Assembly (NCBI GenBank): GCA_964188305.1
Contig: OZ076889.1
Direction: 5' to 3' (one strand)
From: Podarcis bocagei
Taxonomy: Eukaryota
DNA: 64,000 nucleotides
A model generated the notes under the pieces. It had not been told where the DNA came from, made no database searches, and was given only the letters and a program-made list of their open reading frames with translations. A program made the translations under genes and the position numbers. This document shows positions 1 to 9,300 of this stretch, in pieces. Position 1 is the stretch's first letter; each line of letters opens with the position of its first letter.

Positions 1-100
1 AAGCAGACCTATGCAATTTTTGGTTTGCAAGTTCAGCAACTATATTCTTACTGGTGACTTTAAGGACAAGAGAGAACCTTGGCACACATTCGGTTCCAGC

Positions 101-151
<51 letters not shown>
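101..151. repeat. (CTTT)n microsatellite
   Basis: About 12 perfect units. Confidence 0.95.
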
Positions 152-241
152 GTTTGGTGTGGTCACAGTTCAAAACATGAGCCTAAAGTCAGAATGGAGC
201 ATTGCTTTCACATGTGGTCATTCCCAGTGTTTTTCTTACAG

Positions 242-362
242 ATAAGTCCTGCTTCAATGCTTTTTTCAACTTTGAAGACATGCAGGAAATCACTCAGCAC
301 TTTGCGGTGTGCCATGTCGATGCCCCAGGACAGCAAGAAGGGGCTCCCCCTTTCCCCTCTGG
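242..362 (+). CDS. NDRG3: NDRG3 exon (HKSCFNAFF...APPFPSG)
   Basis: ttacag|ATAAG...TCTGG|gtaagt, 121 nt. Confidence 0.93.
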
Positions 363-3300
363 GTAAGTGCAGTAGCATCTCTCTGATCTCTTTCCCTAGG
401 GCTGCCTGCGCCAGGTTTTAAGACCAATCTCTGAGGTCCTGTTGTATGGCATGTTGATAAGACACATCAGACAGATTGAGACAAGGCTTTTTCAGTGGCG
501 ACACCCTATTTGTGCAATTCTCTCCACTGGGAAAAAAGAAAGCCTGGCTTTAAAAAGAATTCTTCAATCCAAATTTCATTAACTGCTGCATTGTAGTTTA
601 ATTGCTACTCTCATTTTTTTAATGTGGTCTCCGTTTTTGTAGTTTTCTATAGTACTTCTGCAATATAATGTTGTAAAGGTAAAGGTACCCCTGACTGTTA
701 GGTCCAGTCGCGGACGACTCTGGGGTTGCGGCACTCATCTTGCTTTACCGGCTGAGGGAGCCGGTGTTTGTCCGCAGACAGCTTCCGGGTCATGTAGCCA
801 GCATGACAAAGCCGCTTCTGGCGAACCAGAGCAGTGTACGGAAACGCCGTTTACCTTCCCGCCGGAGCGGTACCTATTTATCTACTTGCACTTTGATGTG
901 CTTTCAAACTTCTAGGTGGGCAGGAGTAGGGACCGAGCAATGGGAGCTAACCCCGTCATGGGGATTTGAACTGCCAACCTTTTGATCGGCAAGTCCTAGG
1001 CTCTGTGGTTTAACCCACAGCGCCACCTGCGTCCCCTATATAATGTTGTAGCACTCCTTAATGAGGTGGAAGTTATGTAGATGTGATACTGTATGGATTG
1101 GAAGGATTTTGGGCAAGGGCTGTACCTAGTTCCTTGCTCTCCTTTTGCTGTACAGAATTCTACCCCTATTGTTGAGAGAGCTTGAAATACAAAGGCTAAC
1201 AGAGAGAGCCAGACTTGCCATGCCTGTTTTTGCATCTTTGCTGTGGAGGTAGCTGTAGAGTCTTCCTCGGGAGCTGGGGGAGATGTATGCTATTTGGGAG
1301 TGTTGCCTGCAAGACGAAGGTCTCTTGTGAGCTACTTTGGCTTTTAAATTTTGTGGTTTTGGTCAGTACACATATCTATTCCCATATGGAATAGCCCCAG
1401 GATCTATTATTATTGGAACCTCCTTGCAGAATTGTGTGTTTGACAATGTGCCTTGAAATAACATCTTTAGGTTTTGAGTTAATGTATGTCAGCTATTGGC
1501 AGCCTCTCTTGTTAACTAACACTCCCTTTTTATGGTTTCAGATACCAGTATCCCTCTATTGATGAATTAGCTGAAATGCTCCCTGCTGTTCTTACGCACC
1601 TGAGGCAAGTATACAAAGACACCCAGGCCTTTAATAATTTGCTTAACTGCAGGATGTCCACATAGCATGTCCCCATTCCCCAGAACCTTCCCCAGGAATA
1701 GAGGAGAGACATGTGTTTAGGATGCATAGAAATGAAGCAGTTGCTCAGTTTCATTTAAATTATACATGCAGTATTTTTGTAGCCACCCCATTGTTCTTCA
1801 CCATGAACCACAGTAGCTCCCTTCCAGCAGATCACCCATCTCATTGCTGATCTAAAGGACGATGGCTGGGTATGTTATGGGCTTTGAAGCATGTTCTCAC
1901 TTTGAACTCTCTTTCAGTCTGAAAAGCGTAATTGGTATTGGCGTTGGAGCTGGCGCTTATATCCTTAGCAAGTTTGCAGTAAGTAGCCTCTGACTGTTGA
2001 TTTCCCTGTGTGAACAAATTCTATCTCTCTGTGCTCCATGAATAGGGCTGCCTGTTTATAAAAACACATGTAGCAGAGATGAGTGCAGTAATGAGAAATA
2101 CTGGTAAGAGCAAGTGGCCTGAATCATGGATGTCCCAACCCCTCTGGAGGAAGGACTTCCATAAAAAGTTGATGAAAGGTGAGATAGTTAATTCAAAGTG
2201 ATGGATAGATCCTTGTGGGCTGCTATTCAATTCCAGGAGGATGATCACTCAACAAACCAGTAAATTTACTGTTAAAGGTAAATTTACCCCTGATCATTAG
2301 GTCCAGTCGTGGCCGACTCTGGGGTTGTGGCGCTCATCTTGCTTTATTGGCCGAGGGAGCCGGCGTACAGCTTCCGGGTCATGTGGCCAGCATGACTAAG
2401 CCGCTTCTGGCAAACCAGAGCAGCGCACGGAAACACCGTTTACCTTCCCGCTGGAGCAGTACCTATTTATCTACTTGCACTTTGCCGTGCTTTCGAACTG
2501 CTAGGTTGGCAGGAGCAGGGACTGAGCAACGGGAGCTCACCCCGTTGCGGGGATTTGAACTGCCGACCTTCTGACTGGCAAGTCCTAGGCTCTGTGGTTT
2601 AACCCACAGCGCCACCCGCATCCCTTAAGTGCCAGTTAAGTCTACTAGTCTTCTCATGTATTATTTCCCAGGCTAAAATGAGCTCTTTGGCATACACCCT
2701 TAATATTGTGGCTATTTCATTTCATTTTATTGTATTGCATTTATATACCACCTTTCAAGGAGCTCAAGGCGGTATACATTGCTCATACATGGTTGCCTTA
2801 TAGTTACTGTGGTCTAGGCTAGTCATTCATACTCCTTTGCGTTTTAAAGCACAATATTTGGGAACATACACACTAGACATGTTCCTCAAAAAAGAAGTTC
2901 ATTTTGAATTGAAATGTATTAAATCCTCATTTTCCATTTCCATTTTTTTTTAATCTAACCAGAACTTAAGAAAAACAATTAAGTTATTTTATAAAAGTTT
3001 CATCTTTCTGGCTTGTGTTATCTTGCTTTTAGGAACAAAATTATATATAATCAAGTACGCTTTACTAATCGAGACTGAAATCAATAATTCAGTTACTGTT
3101 AATGAAGAGTAAGGTTGTACCATATCTTGAACCTTATTATTACATTATATAACAAAAGTGGTCTGTTTTTCAGGTTAAAAAACTCTCTTTCCTTACTCTT
3201 ATCATACTAGACAGCTGAGTCACATAAGCCGTGTCCCAGATTCTCATGCCAATCTTTGGGGGAAAGGGAGGATTAAATCTTGTTCTACCTGCAATTTACA

Positions 3301-6300
3301 TGTGGTTTTTTATTTTTTAGTTGCATCACCCTGACTTGGTGGAAGGTCTGGTACTTGTTAACATTGACCCATGTGGAAAAGGATGGATGGACTGGGCAGC
3401 ATCCAAGGTAGGATTGTTCTTCCATAATTGGAATGCCAATGCTGATTTACATTATTCAGTTACTGGAATTAGGTTTTAGTGAATGCTTTGATATTATTGA
3501 TGACTGCTTTGCCTTTCATTTGTTTGCTTTTTTAAAGCAAAGGTTAAACTCTTCTCTTCTTTATTCTAACTAGAGATACCCAGCCATGTAGCTGACACAG
3601 AGCCAAAGAATATACTTTTCTATATACCGTATTTTTCCACCTATAAGACGCCCCCTATTTTGGGGAACTCAGATTTAAGAAAATGGGGGGGGGGAGATGG
3701 CCCAGAGCAGGGGTCAGCAAACTTTTTCAGCAGGGGGCCAGTCCACTGTCCCTCAGACATTGTGGGGGGCCGGACTATATTTTTGGGGGAGGGAAATGAA
3801 CGAATTCCTATGCCCCACAAATAAACCAGAGATGCATTTTAAATAAAAGCACACATTCTACTCATGTAAAAACACGCTCATTCCATGACCGTTCGTGGGC
3901 CGGATTTAGAAGGCGATTGGGCCGGATCCGGCCCCCAGGTCTTAGTTTGCCTACTTATGGCCCAGAGTATAAGACACCCCCTAATTTTTCAGGGGGGGAA
4001 ATTAGTCTTATAAACAGAAAAAATACGGTACTTTTTCTATGGCAATGCATATGGAATGCAACAGGCAGGTTAAAAAATAAATAAAAAAGAGCCAGTGGGA
4101 TGGAACTTTTAAACAAGAAAAAAAAAATACTTACTTTTGCCTTCATATGCACTGTTGTATAATTGTTTGCCAGATTTATGCACATCAGGGTAGCCAGTGT
4201 GGTCCCCTCCAGATCTTGGATTACATCTTTCATTAGCCCCATCATGTCTGCGCAGAAGTAAAATCCCATTGGATTTAATGTGGTTTCTTCAAAAGTAAAT
4301 GGGTGTTGGAGTTGTGACTGCAGCCTGTTCTGTGTTGCTTGACTACCGTGTAGTGCCACCACTTGAAATAATTTGACTTTTCTTTTTTTCCAGTTTTCTG
4401 GGTGGACAACAAACATTGTGGACATTGTTCTGGCTCACCATTTTGGTCATGTAAGTCAACTGCTGGATCCAATATCGAAAATGCCTATTAATATAAAGAA
4501 CTTTAAATAAAAATGAACTGCTTTGATCCTAACCTCAGTAGCTGCTTACAATAACATTATTACTGTCTCAGTTTTGAGTTGTTGAATGAGTAAAAAAAAA
4601 AGAGTGTGTTGACATTCTGCTCCCCTTTTCTTGAGCATTCTGGGGTGACCAGGCATTGCTAAACATTCCAGCATTGGAATATTTCCTGTGTGTTGATTCT
4701 TTATGTGTATACTCATGCTGCAAGTACATGTATATGTGACCTCCCACTATCTCTCCTTCCTTTACAGCAAGCTCTTCATACAAGTGTTTTATTTGTAATA
4801 TTTATATTCTGTCTCTTAGGGCATAGGCCTCTCAATGTAGTGTACAACTAAAGGAGTTTAATTTGAAATACATCAGAGTGTTTACAAAAACCACATAATC
4901 AGAATTATAAAGAAGTGCCAAGTTTCAGGAATCAGTTTCATTAAAAACATTGTAAAAGGCAAACTAGAGCAAATGAGTCCTAAAAGGCATGTTTGAAAGC
5001 TTGTATTGAAAGGGTTTTTTGTAGTTTCATTTGACAAATTCCTTGTATATTTGCTTTTTTTTGAATAGCATGGTTAGCAAGACAACTGATTAGAATATTT
5101 GTCATTCTTCACTAGGAAGAACTGCAAGCTAACTTGGAGCTGATCCAGACCTACAGACTTCATATTGCACAGGACATCAATCAGGAGAACTTACAGCTCT
5201 TTGTCACCTCCTATAACAGGTACAAGACTGGTATAGAATCCTGTTTCACCCCCCCACCCCAACCTTGAAAGTATAATTGTGCATACATAGTGCTTCTGCA
5301 GCAGTTGACAGCATGTATATTGGAATAGCCTTTGTTTTAAAAAAATCAAAGAGCCTCCCTCGTTCAAGAAGCTTACCAGGTTCCCTTCTTTAGTTTAAGA
5401 TCCAGTGCCATTGACATGTGACCCTATAATGTTGTTCTAGTTGTCAGGGCTTTTTTATCTAAGCAAAATCTTAGTCTGGTTGCTTCATTCTTTTTATGCT
5501 TTCTAGCTTATGAATAGAGCAAACAACTAGGAGATAAAGTAGTCATGTGGCAAGCTGAGGGGTGGGTGGGGACTAAAGCACATGTGCCGGTTGTTGGTAA
5601 CAAGAGGGAAATTGTGCACCTCGTAGAGTAGTTAGGCCAGGCACCCCCAAACGCGGCCCTGCAGATGTTTTGGGACTACAATTCCCATCATCCCTGACCA
5701 CTGCTCCTGTTAGCTAGGGATGGTGGGAGTTGTAGTCCCAAAACTTCCAGAGGTTCGAATTTGGGGATGCCTGAGTTAGGCAATGCCCACATTGCCTCCA
5801 TCCCAGCCTTGTTTGACTTGGTCCTCTCCTATTGTCTTCCTAGCCGTAGAGATCTGGACATTGAGAGACCAGTCTTGGGTATGACTGAAGAGGCAGGAAA
5901 AACACTCAAGTAAGTTTATCTTGGTCATCTTTGAACCTGTGCTTGAAATTATGTGGAATTCCTTTTCTAAGTTTAGCAGTATTCTGTTTCCTCTGTTTCC
6001 CCATTGCCCGTGTACCCAGAGTTCCACGTCCTTTAAAAATATTAATGTAGTACATGATTTATCTCCTTTTGCAATGCTTTTGGTAGAACAACTTGCAAAT
6101 TGGACGCTTAATTGAGTTATCTGCACCCCAAATATCTACTTCAGCCTATCTAACTGCCTTTATTTTTATTTAATTCATTTCTCTCTCCTAAAGTTGAAAA
6201 AGACCTCCAAGTCAGTTAAACCCCAACCCGCTGCTAATGCAGGAAATCCATTGATAGATACATGGCTGTGCAGACTCCGCTTAAAAACCTCTAACAAAGG

Positions 6301-9300
6301 AATGCCTTCTAGGCATTCTGTTTCACCGTGGCGATTCTTCCTAAAGTTCAGTTGAAATCCCCTTTTTTGCAATTCAAACCAATTGGTTCTGGTGCTACCC
6401 TCTGGAACAACAAAAACCAAATGTGATCCATTTATGCCATAGCCCTTCAGATGTTTGAAAAACTGTTGCTGGGGTGATAGATGTTTCATGTCACAGGCCT
6501 TCAGCCCGTCATTGCACTGCACAGTGGGTATCTGCCCTAAAGCACAGATAATTATTTCCCCAAGCTCCATCATGGGGGGAAAGTAGTACATATGAACAAA
6601 ATGTGGTGAGTTCACTTTCCCTGTGTCTCTATCAGTTGGTACAGGCATGTTTGAATGAATGAATGAATGAATGAATGTACACTGGCATTAAGTACATTAA
6701 GAAATAGTGATCTAGTATAGAAATACAGCATAATGAAGTATTCATGTATCCGGTGAAGTCACTTTGTGCACGGAATGTCTTCTGCTTGTGCAACAAACCT
6801 TTCCCTCCCCTACACACCTCCTGCATCTCCCCAAATCTTCTCTGGGGGTTCTCCCAAGACTCCAATAGCTAGTATGGTGGGATGTTTTGTTGCGGAGCAA
6901 TGGAGATGTATTGCAGACCAGAAATGTAGGGTATTCAAATGAACAGGAATTGTAATACAAATGATGGTATTTTCTTGGTTTAGGGTTGCTTTATAGAAAT
7001 GCTAGCAACTCTTAGCAAAAAATAAAACATCAGAATTTATGACAGCAGGAGTTGTTGCTTGTTTAAATTGTGCAGACTACAACTTTATCCTGTGGATTTT
7101 GTACAGGTGTCCTGTCTTATTAGTGGTTGGGGACAGCTCACCAGCAGTTGAAGCTGTGGTAAGTATGCCTGGTTATTATACTCCTTACTCTCCACTTCCT
7201 TCCTTTCTTGGCAGGAGAAACTCTGCAAATTTCACACAATCCGTTCAAGTAGTATTTATCAAGTGAGATGTTTGCTTCTATCCATGAGTCTTGAATTTGT
7301 GTGAGGATAAAATACAGGCCATTGCTTTTTAAACTATTCACTTACTGATTTTCATATATCACAATATATAATCATAACAAAGTTCCCATTTCCCCACCTC
7401 CCAGAATACAGTTTTATGATAGCAGAATAGTCAAGGAATTATTGAAAAGTATTCTGCCTGGCAAATGAAGGTGTCCTTCCAGAGGTCTCCTTGAATTGCT
7501 GGTGGTCTGTATTCATGTTCTTTTGTGAGGGCATAAGAAAGAAAGCGGAACCATTTTTTTTAATAAACTTTGTCTGATTTTTGTTATTAATCCATCATTG
7601 CCGTACTTTATCTGTTATCTTGTCCATCAGAGCCAAGTCCCAAATCTGTAAAAATCAGATTTCAAAAAGATTGCCATTCAAAGTACTCCAAAATTTAGCA
7701 ATAGTAAGTCTGACAGCTGTCATAAGCTGAGCTATGAAATACTTTTAATTACTCATGAGCTGTCAAAGCTCTTTGACACAGGTATAATTTCTCCTCCTGG
7801 TGTCTTAACGTTCAAGGGGAGGGTGGGGAATCTCATCTCTGAACTGTAGTTAATATCTGGGCAAGTTTCAACATACATATCCTACCAGTTAGGCACAGAT
7901 TGGGGTGCTGGTGATTAGATACTTGTGTCTAGATCCATGCAGCCCATTCTGATGTTATAAAGGCAATGTATATCGAGCGACTCTTTTTGTCTCTCTGTCT
8001 CTCAGTTCATTCCCTTCTGCTCTCACAAAGATTCAAGTGGGTAAAATAACATCAACACAAGCCCTGAGAGATGTGGTTGTGTGAATTGGTGTTGCCACTT
8101 CCCTCTCAAATTCTCTGTTCTCAAATCAAATGAGTTTTCAGCACCACAGTTTTTCTGGCTTCTATAGTTAACAGTGAATCTGCATCTTTGCTTTCAGTGT
8201 CAGTTGTGGAGGTTGAGAAATTTAGAATGTATGTGTTGTCCCTGCTTTGTGCTTCCTGGAGACTTGCCTCAGTGTTTCATTTATGTCATTTTATTCTGCT
8301 GTTAACATTAAGGTTAGATAAGGCTGTGCAAGCTTAATGGCTGAGCAGAAATTTGAACACAGGACTTCCAAGTCCAGCTTTTTATTCACTGTATTGGCTT
8401 TTGATGTCATAACTAGACTTTATTAGATATAACCAACATTGTGCACTCTGTGTTTTGGGACTACAGTTCCCACCATCTTTGTCTGTGTTGTGTGAGGATT
8501 ATGGGAATTGGAGTCCAACAACATCTGGAGTTCCCCACATTGGGTACCTCTGGTCTACATGTTCATGCATCTTTCATATGGGCATATATCAGTCACATCA
8601 GATACCCGGAAAAACTCTCAATCCTAACTTCTTCTTCTTCCTTATGTTGCTCATCTGACTGGGTTCCCCTAGCCACTCTGGGCGGCTTCCAACAAATTAT
8701 AACACAATACAACATCAGACATTAAAAATTTCCCTGAACAGGGCTGCCTTCAGATGTCTTCTAAAAGTCAGATAGTTGTTTATTTCCTTGACATCTGACG
8801 GAAAGGCGTTCCACAGGGTGGGCACGACTACCGAGAAAGAACAGGGACATTGTATCTTATCCACCAAATCCCTTGCTTCGATGTGCTGCTGCTAAAGTAT
8901 GATATTCCTGTATCCAGTCCCCACCTTCGCTGGATCCTTGGTAATAACTATGAATTAGATAAATAACGGAGGGGGGGAATAAATGCTGTTTTGTGCTTTG
9001 TAGGTTGAATGCAATTCACGGCTGGATCCAATGAATACAACACTCTTGAAGGTAACCATCAACTATGAGTGGCTGTCTTGGGGGCTGTCATTCTAGAGTT
9101 CATTGTGCTTCCTGGTTTGCCATCCTCCACTACATAAGAACAGCCTGCTGGATTGGAACAAAGGCCCCATCTAGTTCATAACTCTGTTCTCACAATGGCT
9201 GACCAGATGCCTATGGGAAGCACGTAAGCAGATCCAGAGGGCAATAACAATGGTGACATCCTGATAGCCTTATTCTCCATTAACTTGTGTAATACTCTTT

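Noticed and set aside
11-421. 136-aa ORF with FFLS repeats
   Set aside because: It is a translation of the (CTTT)n microsatellite and overlaps the real NDRG3 exon in another frame.
740-2574. Two similar ORFs (740-985, 2347-2574) suggesting a duplicated small gene
   Set aside because: Both are antisense readings of Sauria SINE copies.
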